Below are positions 48,629 through 60,576 of a stretch of 64,000 nt of DNA, piece after piece. The first letter of the stretch is position 1, and every line of letters starts with the position of its first letter. The notes beneath the pieces are model-generated. The model saw only the letters and a list, made by a program, of their open reading frames with translations. It was not told the DNA's origin and ran no database searches. This DNA comes from Podarcis melisellensis (Eukaryota): the NCBI GenBank assembly GCA_964234715.1, contig OZ174290.1, one strand, 5' to 3'. The translations under genes were made by a program, and so were the position numbers.

Positions 48629-50559
48629 CAGGGAGCATGTCCTATTGTTGGGTCCTTCCAGCCTTCCAGTTCTGAAGCATGCTTTGGACCCGTTTAGCTC
48701 CAACGTTGTACGTTGGACCTCTACTAGCAACCCAAATTAAGCAACGTTGAAGAACAGCCGCTGGTTTTTGAAGTATAAAAGTTGGAGACGGTAACGGCAG
48801 GTTTCCAGTTGGCTTGTATGCCCAGCGCTACATGTGCTGAGTGTCGGCGCTCCTTGTTCGACAGCGTCTCCCTGATGTACACATTACTACACGCAGCTTC
48901 TGCCTCCACTTTCATCTGTATCGGCAGCATTAAATATTATTATATCATTTACTCTCTCGAGCAGGAAAATGATGTTTGGCAGCTTGTTCTATGAATTTTT
49001 CATAAAGATAAAAAGCGGCCTAATCTTGTGAGCTTTAACTCTCAGTAGCAGTAATGGCTTTGATTTAAAGTGTTTTGTCTTAATGATAGTTATATTGAAA
49101 ATTTCCTGCTGCTTTCAAGCACGCACGGTTATTATCATAAACACTGATGGTGCAAACGGCTGCCAAATTTGCGTGTGGCTGCTTATGGCAAGAGAGGAGA
49201 GAGAAAGAGAGACAGGGAGCTCGTCGACAGGTTGCTGTCAGTGAGACCTTTCAGTCTGAGAGCATTTTGAGTCTTCCTGAAGTTTTGCTTTGACCTCCAA
49301 AAGTGACTTTTGGGCTTCTCTTCACTTCTCAGCCCTGTGGTCCACAGCCAGGCAAGGATAGCAAGATGAAGCAGAATCTCAGGCAGTGTTTGTACAGCTG
49401 TTCTTCTGGAAAGTACCCTTAATAAAGGAGCGTTTACACATGCTGCCATCATTCTGCGCTAAAGTCGGAACACACAGTTGTTAAGTGTCCTCTGGAGGGC
49501 CAAGGCCCTCAATAGAGACCAATTATTTACATCCACTTGGGCAAAAATTCCCCACGTTGCACGATCCTGCAGAAAATGGCCTACAAACAGATTTGGGGTC
49601 ACTTCCCAATGGCTGGTGCACTTGGAAAGAGAAAGAGTTGGAAGTCCAGGGCTTGTCTGTCCTGCAAGGAACACCACACCAAGGAGAATTAGTTGGCATG
49701 GAAATTAATTCTGCATAAGTGAGTTCTGCTTTGAATGTCCTTGTGGGAGAAATCACTTCCCCTCCCATTTTTCTCGGTGTGCATTCTTAAGATGTGTGTT
49801 GAGAGAGTCCACATGCATCGTTCTGTCTGGCTTCTGGGAGATCTGCCATACATGTCTTTGGGACCTAAATAGGTAGCTATCTGACCCTTCACAAGTTACA
49901 AAGGCACAAGGCAAGTGCCTGCTTTGCAGCACATATTTAAGAGTACTGGTCAAACCTCAAAAAAGAGATAAACTCAGTAATACAGGTGCTTTGTGCTACG
50001 ATCTAATGAGAAAGAAACTATCACAAAACTCTGTAGAGATTCATGGAAGTTTGGAGCAGAAAAGTAATTTCCTGAGAGTTATTTATTTTTCCCTGTTCAA
50101 TTCTTTCCTGAATTCACCATCTGGAGGCTCTGTTTTCATAATGGAGTGATCTATTTTGGTGATACAGTTGATGCTGAAAGTAATAAATAAATAAATAAAT
50201 AAATAAATCTTACTTTCTGTTTTATTTAAGTTCATCTTTTCTGTCCTGCAAGTTCAGACCTGCTCTTGCCTTTTGCTGGAAGGCAATTATGAATGTGGAA
50301 GAGCAAAAGTCTTCCTGATGCTGGGGGGGGGGCGTTCTTTGTTGTTAGCAGTGGCTTACAACACAGATATTAAAATGTACCTCTAGTCCACTTGGCTTGG
50401 GAGAATAAATGTGTAGGCTGGTTTGTTAAAATGCATGCAGACTTTTTTGCACCAACAAATTTGCTGTCCTTTAAAGGATGCCCATGATGTGAAATAAGAA
50501 CAAGTTTACTATCCCAAATGCCAACCAATTGTGAAGTTCACTCACTGCTTTGGTCAAAC

Positions 50560-50772
50560 TTGGCTACTAGCCATGATGGCTATGCTCTGCCTCCACTATT
50601 TGGAGACAGTATACTTTGGAATACCAGTTGCCGGAAACCACAGGAAGGGAGAGCATTGTTGCACTCAGCTCCTGCTTGCAGGCTCCCCATTGAAGCATCT
50701 GGTGGCCACTGGGAGAACAGGATGCTGAACAAGATGGGCCATTGCCCTGATTGAGCATGGCTCTTAGTTCTT
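50560..50772 (+). mobile_element. CR1-family 3'UTR fragment
   Basis: ggctactagccatgatggcta...ggccactg.gagaacaggatgctg.ac.agatgggcc...ggctctta.gttct. Confidence 0.7.
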
Positions 50773-51717
50773 TTGAGATTCCCTCTGCTTAGCTAGGTTA
50801 AATGTGGAGTAGATTAACTATTTGTGATACTTGCCTATTAATTAATTTTTGTCACTTATACTAATTCTCAGTTTGAAGGTTGTGACGAGGTTTAATAGAA
50901 ATAGAATGAATAGAAAGAAACTTCTGTTTACTTCCTACTGGGACCCAAACCAATTGAAATCTATAAACTGCCTTATTAAAGCCATAGCTTTGTATGATGT
51001 GAGACTCACTCATCTCATCTGGGGCTCTGTGGAGTTCAACTTTTATGGCCAGGGCATTAACAGAAACTCCAAACCTTGCACTATGCAGTACTAAAATGGA
51101 GGTGGGGGGTGGGAGTGATCTTGTAGGATCCAGTACAACAGGAAATCCAGGTAAGATCAAATAAGGAACATTTCTCAATTAATACATATATATACTTTGG
51201 TACAAATAGTTATGCACACGCACGCACACACTTTGTATACATTGCACCTGGTGGTTGGGGATTTTTTTTGCTTTTTATGAGTTTGGGGAAAGGGACCTCA
51301 TGTGGATGAACCCCTGTAGCTTTGCAAGGTTAGGCCCTGTCAGCTTGGTTCGGCTTTTCTCTACACTTCTCAGTATGTATTGCATTGGTTGTCATTTTAA
51401 TCAGTTGGGGCTCTGTGTTTCCATACTTCTGTTCTTGTCCCTGTTTTGGAAAAGAATATATAGTGGTGGGTTTATGTTTTTTTGTTTTTTTACAAAATCC
51501 AGGCTCAATGCCTCTGAACCTATGAGTCTGAGTAAGGACCCTGGAGCGTGTATGATCAAGCTGTGGTCCACTTGCTCCTCAAAATCCTACATACATATAT
51601 ATTTTTGCTCTTGTTTCCGTGATTTGTAACTGTAAAATAATAATAATAAAGTACAATTTAATATTGAAAATAAGAACCAATCCAGTATCCACAATGATAG
51701 AGTCACTGTATCTCCAG

Positions 51718-51894
51718 GGATCCCCGATTACGGTTTCTATTCTCCGCCCGGTGACCAACGGGCTCAATTATCCTACGCGGACTATGGTTCCATGGGGCCT
51801 CGGGTGGCTCAGATGCTTCGTAGCGAGCACCCTGCTTCAGCGAGTAACTCCCCCCTTCACCACCTTCCCAGCCCGGATCAATTTAAAAGCCCAG
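51718..51894 (+). CDS. MSI2: MSI2 177-nt cassette exon: (G)IPDYGFYSPPGDQRAQLSYADYGSMGPRVAQMLRSEHPASASNSPLHHLPSPDQFKSP(G)
   Basis: tctccAG acceptor 51716-51717, donor CAG|GTTTGT at 51895, 59 codons with no stop in phase 1; GC/CpG-rich island in AT-rich intron; similar to a segment recalled from fish msi2. Confidence 0.85.
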
Positions 51895-53586
51895 GTTTGT
51901 ATAGAATTTCATTCATTTGGGGAAGCAAAAGAAAAGAAAAATGGCAATAGCATCACATATTTAACGATGCACAGAAAGAGATCTGCATGCTATGTATGCC
52001 ACTTAATGGTTGGCAATCAAACTTCACTCCATCCTTTTACTCAGTTCTAGAGTTTTTGTCGACTTTGCTTCAGTTGTGAAGGGCACAGTTTTCTTTTAGG
52101 GGCTGTTCCAGATCTGATCAAATGTCAATCAAAACCTTTTGTAGACTCATGACAGCAGAGAGTGAAGTAGCTCATTAGATGTGCAGGGCAATCTTATTCA
52201 TGTCTACTTCAAAGTAAGTCTTGAGCTTAAAAAGTGCATTCCCTCTTAAGATGGGCGTGAATCAAAATTTAGCTGTATTCTTTAAAGATTAAATAAAGGA
52301 CCCTAATAATTTGTGTTGATTTTTTCAAGATTCTTCTTAACCCCAGAGATTTTGATGCAAAAGGTTTCAAACTGCATATTCTGTTGAAAGTTATTATTAG
52401 CTAGGTATTTGACCTGAAAGAGATGCTTAGAATAAGGTGTGTGTGCTTGTGCATGAATGATACTTCATCCTCCTGAGAATCTTTTACTTTGCTTCTTCCA
52501 GAAATTTGTTTCTGACATTTGATGAGCTCTTTCATTAGCAATCTGATCCTAAATACCTCTTCAGTGCACCTATCTTATGCTGCATAAGCTTCATGCAGTT
52601 TATCATTTCAACTGAACTGGGAACTATTGTTAGATTTAACTGTGGTTTCTCCAAACAATCCAAGATCAAATTGTGTTTTCTGATCCTGACTTGTTTGGAT
52701 AAAACCATTGTTGAAATTAAATGAAAATCCTGGTTTGGATGAAACAATAAACCGTGGTTAGTTGAAAATGCTTTTGATTTTTTCTTTGTGGCTATAACAG
52801 GAAGAGCAGACCAAGTCAGGCTCACTAAATTACAACTTAGTGTTATGTCCAAACCTGGTCATTGTTTTCTACAAGGATTCCACAAATGTATCTATGACTT
52901 AGATTTTTAGCATATTCTTTCTTGAAACAGACAGTCTTCTCAGGGCCCCTTCACACCTGTTTTTGAATTATCACCAAATGCAGATTCGCAAATTCTGCAT
53001 TCCACCTAGAATGAACTCTCGCAATGAAACCTTGGTTTACATTATGTGTTGAAAGAGTTCCTACTGGTCTTAATGTTTAAATAAGAGGAGGAATGTCTTG
53101 CTGTTGCTCATAGGCATGTGGTGGCTTCTAAATATATACTTACATAGAGTTCACCACTTGAATGAGTCAGCCATCATCTCTCCCCTCCCCACCTTGGAAA
53201 ATCCTACGTAACTAGTTGGCCTAAATACCTGTACATGGGGTTGATTTTTTGACAGTCTTGTAAAATTGCTGAAGTGCTTTTGCCTTGAAAATAGGAAGCC
53301 ATCATTTCCTCCTCACTTTGTGAATCCACCTCAGTATAATGCGCCATATGCTAAGGCAGATGTCATAATGAATCATGGCTGCAAATTCCTCCCCATTTTA
53401 TCAAAGAGAGTTTATCTTTCAGTGGTGACCTTTCTTGTCCAGAACTGGAGTAATTTGTGTGCAGGCTTTGTGTTAACATGCCAGTTCATAGGACAAAGTG
53501 CCTGATAAGCCAGCCTTAGCTCTCACTTGTCAGCAGTGCCAGCAGAATCATGCTCTGGGCTTTTGCCACACAAGCACTCCTTAATG

Positions 53587-53723
53587 CAGCCTTCCCCAAC
53601 CTGGTGCCCTCCATATGTTTTTGACTACAGCTCCCATCAGCCCCAGTCAGCACAGTCATGGGGCCTGTGGCTGATCAAAGCTGTAGTCAAAAACATATGG
53701 AGGGCACCAAATTGGGGGAGGTG
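53587..53723. mobile_element. Palindromic hAT-Charlie-type MITE, older copy
   Basis: Inverted arms tggtgccctccatatgtttttgactacagct / agctgtagtcaaaaacatatggagggcacca. Further decayed copies at ~15067-15180, ~23207-23300, ~47815-47895. Confidence 0.85.
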
Positions 53724-54026
53724 CTTTAAGATTTCACCATTTGGGCTCCTCACCTTGCTTCCAAATCATGCAGTAAGCAGAATAGTAGATTCCCCTTTGT
53801 CTCAGGAGAGAAAGTCCTGTTTCCCATTTGCATATGTTAATTCATCAAATCATGAATTAAAAATTGACCAGCATTGAGGCGCACCTAAAACTGTTTTAGA
53901 TACAATACTGGAAGGTGCTACTGGAAGGAATTTTTTTTTGTTTAGATACAATAGTTTAAAATCAGCAAGTAGGAACACTCAAGCCAGGATCAAAACAAAT
54001 GGTGGAACTAATTTGCCTGGTATTTT

Positions 54027-54175
54027 GGATAGCTCAGTTGATTAGCGTTTGGTACTGATAATGCCAAGGTCACAGTTTGATCCCCATACAGGAAAGTTGC
54101 ATATTCCTGCTTTGAAGGGGGTCGGACTATATGATCCCCAGAGTCCTTTCCAACTCTGCAATTCTGTGATTCTAA
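54027..54175 (+). mobile_element. tRNA-headed SINE with CR1-derived tail
   Basis: tagctcagttg.ttag...gataatgccaaggtc.cag.ttgatcccc head, then ggact.tatgat...ctttccaactct..aattctgtgattct CR1 end. Confidence 0.8.
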
Positions 54176-55077
54176 GTGAGCATGCAAAAGTGTTTTGAAC
54201 AGTGAGGGGGCTCTGAGGATCATTGCATTACAGCCAGAATGTACATGCAGGTAGCCTTTTATGTTTAAAGGTATTTAATTGCATTATGTCCTGGTGAGCC
54301 ATCAGGCAGAATTCTGGCTGTATTCTTTTCATTATATCACCACAAATCACCTTATCCTGCAGATTAATAAAAACTCACTTTTTGGATTAAAAACACACAT
54401 ATGCTCAGGCCCCGCTGTCAGAACGCTCTATATCTGAAATCTCAGTTATCTGAATACAACAAATTATATCCAAACCTTACTACACAAATGGCTAATTCAG
54501 ATACCGGAATAGCCAAAGTTTGCCCACTTCCTTACTCATTTGAGTTTTGCTGGTCCACAACAGCCATTTTCAGTGGAAACCACAGAGGAAGGGTGAGATA
54601 TCAGACAAATCAGAAAGCAGGAAAGATTGGACAAATCAGTTATTCCTTCTTTGGCTTTTGTTGATTGGCTGCAGGCAGAAAGCATGAAGGGAGAAAGCAT
54701 GCATTAGACATGTTCCCACAGGAAATAATGGATATGATCATCTCGTTTTGTGAATACAATATATTTTGTGAATACAATATATTTTCTGGGAATGAATCCT
54801 GTTCGGAAGGCGAGACCTGTGTGTACATGTAACATTGCACATTGTTTTACCGAAGAGATGCTACAGAAATAATGCTTAAAATCTATAGGTTGGAATATAT
54901 AGGTTTAGGGTACAGAAGTGTGTGAATTTTTAACACGTATATTGAAACAGTTATGTCCCTAATGAAGTTTGGAAATGAAATCCTCAGAGAATGAGGATGC
55001 TGAATATGAAGGAGATGAGATCCAGCAGAGAAAAGCAGGGGGGATTTATATTAAATGCCACATTCTGTAGCAAGGAC

Positions 55078-55195
55078 CTTTTTAAAAATGTTTTTTAAAT
55101 GTTTGGTGTTATATTATGTTTTTATATGTGTTGGAAGCTGCCCAGAGTGGCTGGGGGAACCCAGCCAGATGGGCAGGGTATAAATAACAACAGTA
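55078..55195 (+). mobile_element. L2-type LINE 3' terminus
   Basis: T-rich tract then gaagctgcccagagtggctggg..aacccagccagatgggc.gggtataaataa. Confidence 0.7.
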
Positions 55196-58100
55196 GTAGC
55201 ATGAGCCCCCTCCCTCCCCAGCCAGATTTGATACTGCAGTGAGCCATCACAATCCACAGCAACATGTGGCACCTTCAGTGTGCTGTGGGAAGAGTAACGT
55301 CACATGTCTCAGTCCCACCTAACTTCCTCCTGTCTCAGAAGAAAAGAAAAGGAGGGATTAGAACTTGGACTCAATATGCACCTGGTGAGGAAGAACAGAG
55401 TGAGTTTTCTTGGTGCCAGTGCTTTACTTCTAGAAAAAAGGTGTCAGTAGTACTGCGTAGCCTTGAGGACTCCCAGAAGAAAAGTGCTTGTCTTGGCATC
55501 AGTGCTGCCTTCTGTACTCCAAAGCTCTCCCCCACTGAGCTCTTTTACTTATTTGCCCTTTGGGTGATAATTTTCCCGTTTTTGAAAACCAGGGCTCAGT
55601 GTGTTGTAATGTTGGATAAAGACTGGGGACTCAGGTTCCACTTGCCCCCAACTGAGCCATGGGCCTCACTGGGTGACATTAGGCCAGTCACCACCTCAGG
55701 CTAAGCTGCCTTACAGGGGTGGAAATGAGACAGGATGATATATGCCACCTCCAGCTCCTTGGAGAAAACATGAGTTACAGATATTTTTATAGATACATAA
55801 AAAAGAGCTCACAGTAAAAAAGATGGAGCAGGGGTGTCACAGCGTTCCTTTACTGACAGTCTCCTGAGCACCTTTTAGTCCTCCCTGAAATAATAGGGTA
55901 GTCACCAGCTCATCCAGAATCATTTCATTCAGCCTGCTGAATGTTTTGCTAGCTTGCTTAAACAAACCTGTTAAGTGAGTGGTCTCTCTTTTCCCTGCGA
56001 TGTGGAAGGTGGTATCTTAGATTTCTACAAGCTAAATCTCTTGCCATTTCTCAGGGCTACTCTGCCTGCTATTTGTTTTAGGTGTAGATCAAAAAACGTA
56101 ATGTGCAAGTGAAGCAAACACATGTACTATTCAGGTACGGCGATTGGCTGTGGTCTGTAGTTAAAAGCTCACAGTGCCGGACTCAGGTTTGTCTTGGTTT
56201 AATGTGCCAAATGGCCTTAAATGATTCTGGGAATAGTTCTCTCTTTATGGCAGTCCCAATATTTACCAGCCCACCCCCCCCCCACCAATCTTCTTTTCTC
56301 TGGGTTCAGCAAAAAAGCTATCCCTTCAGTTTCTCCCCTTCACTTACATCTGAAAACATTCCATTTCTGCTTTGATCCTCTCAATCCTATTTCCTCCCAC
56401 CTCTTGTTTTGAATTATGGTAGCCCAACTGGACAAAATTGGTCATCGGAGACTCGATCAGCGTGATGCTGTTGTTTTCCATTGCTTGGATACATCGCTGT
56501 CTCTAATGTGCCCCCCAAGGGGCTGCGTTTTAGGTTGTAGGGCTTTTTCCCCTAGTTTGCTTTTGAACAATGCATTATTGCTGACTCACACTCATCTTGT
56601 TCTCTCTATTAAGCAGCCGGAGGAACTGAGTCTGCGACGTGAAGTGCATGATTGCGAGTCCATGTCATTATTTTTAGCTCCTAATTGAATGTGAACTTGC
56701 TGGACCTCTGTGTGTAATCTAGGTTAATGGGCACACAATGTGGCATTAGAGCTTCCCACACTCATTCCTGTTTGTGGCCCAGTTCTGTTTTCTGAAGCGG
56801 AAGGTGGGAAACAGACTTTTACTACTTTATTAGTTTCTCACCAGAGACTCATTTGGGAGCTGCAGGCTGGCGTTGACAGGAAGGTTAGATCCACTGTCCA
56901 ATAAACCTGGAGATTACAGCTGCTTTTACCACTATATTCCCCCTCCCATTGCAGTCATCAACCTGCATGACCCCAATTTAAAAAGAGCCCAAAATAGTAA
57001 TCCATCACTTTTTGTTTGTGCATTTTTGTTTTTACTTGTTTCAAAAATATTGCTTTGCCCTGTACTTCATAAAACTTCATGACCGCGAAATGGAATTGAC
57101 TTATTCCATAGCTTTTCAGTGCAGAGATCATGTTTTCATCTCAAGTTGAATGGCAAGGATGTTACCGCTCAAATTGCTCATTTGCACAAGATACTGGGCA
57201 ACCTGAAAATTAAGAGGATGAAGAGAAAGCATTGTGCAATGGCCATCCATCCGTAGAAAAGTATTCCTTTTTATTCTTTCCTGCCTCCCACCCCAGACTG
57301 CTCACTACAGCATCTTCTGCCCAGCATTGAAAATAGAACCCATAAGCTAAACTCATAAGGGTCAACTTTAGGGATGGAATTTTCTGAAAATCACAGTGTT
57401 GATTATCGACACACTTTTTTTTCTCATTCCAGCCTCAGTCCTGAAGGGAAGCAACTTATTTTTTACTGGTTCTGCTTAAACTACAGATAATTGCCACATA
57501 TTATATGCATAATTATATGTATAACATTAAACACATATGAATACATTCCAGTTTTCCCAAGATAACAGATGCATACAACAAGGCATGAATTAAAAAAAAA
57601 TGTATCTAGTTTTATATGTTTCATATTTATAAAATCACACTAGCAAAGCATCAACTTGCTTTTCCATCCTCCCTCCCGTTCCTTTTAACTCATGTGATGC
57701 CTTTTTTCAGATTGTGAGATGCTTTTTGTAAGCTGCTCAGAGCCTTTTTGGTTAAAGGGCTGAATATAAATACAAAATATATAAATGCTGTGTAAATGAA
57801 TAATGTAGTGGCAAGAGGAAACCAATCCCTGGCTCCAGAACTGGGGAGCCAACACCAGATCTAAGGCCAGTCTGGCAAGGGTGTCCTCCTCAGGCAGGGA
57901 GTTGTTTGGAGATCCCCCAGACAGTGTTAGTGAAGACAAAGTACAAAAAGAAGTCTTTGCCCACCACCACTCAGGGAAAAAAGAGATGTCTGTTTAAAGA
58001 AACATGGTCTTCTCAGTCCAAAACTAGCTCTCCCTTCAAGTTGCACACCTAGAGACCCCAAGCCCAGATAGCCACAGCCCTCAAAACATCAACCCAAGCC

Positions 58101-59790
58101 TGGACCCTGACATCTGGCAAGAATCTTCCAGGGGTAGAAGCAGTGTGAGAAGGCTGCACACTGGAATTCCAAGTGATCCCAAGGGACACGTTTGTGCAGA
58201 TCCAGTCCTCAAAGAACCCCACCAGACACCCAAAGACTCCAGGCAGTCAGCCTCTTCAGATCAAGACCATTGCACCCATTTCTCACAGGGATTCTCTTTC
58301 GCATCTCTCTTTGTGCCGCTGCCTCCCCCCCTCGGCCTGGTTTCAAAACTCCTTAATTTTATTTTCAGTGTTCTTCTGAACAAAACAGCAGCAGGTTCCC
58401 ACTTTTTGTTGTCCAGTCTAAATAAGAAAGTTTGAGCTAAAAAATTACACCCTGCAAGTTATACATACTCTCTGGCACTTCAAATAGGTTTTTAAGCTTT
58501 TAGATTTGGCGTGTTCTCTGATTTTCCCATCACCTCCCATGCTTATTTAAGATTTGTTTCTGAAATACATTATCAGATGACTACTCCCTTCCTTTTTGAT
58601 ACTTCACGTCTAACTTGCAGTATTTTTTAAGTCTTACAAGGATGCTTGTATTGGAAAAGTATATTACAGCAATATATTCTGATTAAAAGCCAGTCTCTGC
58701 AAGGTGCTTTTTCTCTGTGGCAGTTCCAAGACCTGTCTTCTCTAATGTGTTGGGTCTACTGCAGACTGCCAGCTCTGTAACAGCTTTTCCAAATGCTCCT
58801 CTGAAGTTTTTGCAACTCGCTGTTTTGTAGGTCATGAACAAAAAAGGAGCCGAGACATCTTCTACTCCTCTAGTGTATTTGCAAGATAATGTCCCAGTGG
58901 GCGTGCTTTTTATGCTTTGCATTTCTCCTGTAGTCAATTCTGCGATCACAGCGAACTATCAAAATGATGTTCAAACAATGGGAAATTACCCTTGACTTTG
59001 TATAGTCAACAGTCTTTGTTCAGACTTCACAAGCAAATCCTGAATGTACAAACAGTATCATTCATATGTGTGTGTGTGTGTTTAACAACTGTGAAAAGAT
59101 ACATTTCAATATGTTCTGGTGAATTCAGTTGGTTGGTTGCAAGGCTACTTGGAGGGGGCAAGTGTCCCTGAAGGTGTGGGGGCACTGCGGGGGCTTGCTC
59201 CTGTTCCCTAAGCTCCTGCAGTCTAAAACAATTAGGCCCAAAATTGTTGGGCAGAACACTGAGAAAAAGTCCCCAACCTCTGGAATCTGATAAGTTTGTT
59301 CACACTTTCTTGCAAATTGTCTGTTTTGCAGTTGTTGTTCCCATTAAGAAGGACATTTCCCCCTATCAATATCTTCCATAATTCCCCTGGCAGAGTGAGC
59401 TTACTTGGCTCTTTCCACTAGCACAGCAGAGACCAGTTAAATGTGCTCCCTAGGTATGAGTGCAGACAGTGGGTGTCATTTTGGAGAAGGAAAAAATACT
59501 GCTCCAAGCAACTTGGCCTTGTGTGCAGTTGTACATCCTCTACTGGTGTGCAATCAGTTGAGGCTAAACTGTTGACATGGCCCTGTGGGCTTGGTGCACT
59601 GTATTCAGGCCCACCCTGGAGATGGGTGGGTGATGCAACACCCCCTTTCCCCCGAGTAGTGTTGAATGTTTGACTGATCAGAAAAGATTTGGTTAACTGT
59701 CACATAACAGTCAAGAATTTTCAAAGCATTAACTTTTATGATGACAACAAACGCTATAATCATTAGATCACTGTTATAGGGAAACAAGGC

Positions 59791-59843
59791 TATTATTATT
59801 ATTATCATCATCATCATCATCATCATCATTATTATTATTATTA
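59791..59843. repeat. Compound (TTA)n/(TCA)n microsatellite
   Basis: Direct reading. Confidence 0.9.
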
Positions 59844-60161
59844 AAATCTAATTTTGTTAGGATACCTGGCAAGGCATTTATAAATGCTAACAATTCACAG
59901 GTCCTAAAATCTTTTGGTCCCAGGCAGGATTCCTATGAACTTTAGGAAGCTTCTGAGAGTAGAAACAGAGATCTCATTTTTGGATTCCCCCTACCTGCTG
60001 TGGAAACTCTGCACTACCAATATGGCAGCTCAGACATCAGTAGGGCTGAGAAGGTGTAGACCTGGGGAAGGCTTGGATCTAAAGCCTTCCCAGTCCTCTG
60101 ACACCCCAAACTGAAGATTAAACCCCAACAATGGAATCAATGATAGGGGAATAATTTAAAT

Positions 60162-60576
60162 CAGAGGTTGTCAACCTTTTTGTGTCCATGGCTCCCTTAA
60201 CCAACTACATTCTTTCTGTGGCACAACATTAGGCTGAGGAACCCAGTTATATCACCCCCTGCCTGCAGAGTTGGCAGCCTCTCACCCTTTTTCGAACACC
60301 CTTCCTCGTGGAGGGTTCCCTCAGCCTCCTCTCCTCTCCCCTCTCTACCTGGGAGTCCTCTGAGCAGCTGCTGCTGCCGCCCCCGGTCTCTGAGCCGCCC
60401 CCCACCCCAAAGAGAGGGGCCTCCAAGAGGCACCATTGAGACCTGCAGAGTTTATAGTCAGGGCTGCTGCAATAAACAGTTGTGCAAGCCTTTGGGAGGC
60501 AGAAACGTAAGAGGGCACCTCTAACCATCACTCAAGGCACCCCAGGGAGCCACAGCACCCTGGTTGAAAATCAGTG
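60162..60576. mobile_element. Non-autonomous hAT element whose right end is duplicated at 60828-60890
   Basis: TIRs cagaggttgtcaacc / ggttgaaaatcagtg; flanks atttaaat (60154-60161) / atttaaac (60577-60584). Confidence 0.8.

Noticed and set aside
51619-52050. 143-aa ORF as an independent gene
   Set aside because: It overlaps the MSI2 cassette exon in a different frame; the splice-defined frame gives the meaningful peptide.
56081-56133. Possible 53-nt cryptic exon (ttttAG ... CAG|GTACGG)
   Set aside because: Only generic splice-like signals, no supporting motifs or recognisable peptide; such pairs arise by chance in long introns.
57120-57256. Possible alternative terminal exon after ttttcAG (VQRSCFHLKLNG...HP*)
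   Set aside because: Competing upstream AG, short pyrimidine tract and no recognisable homology.
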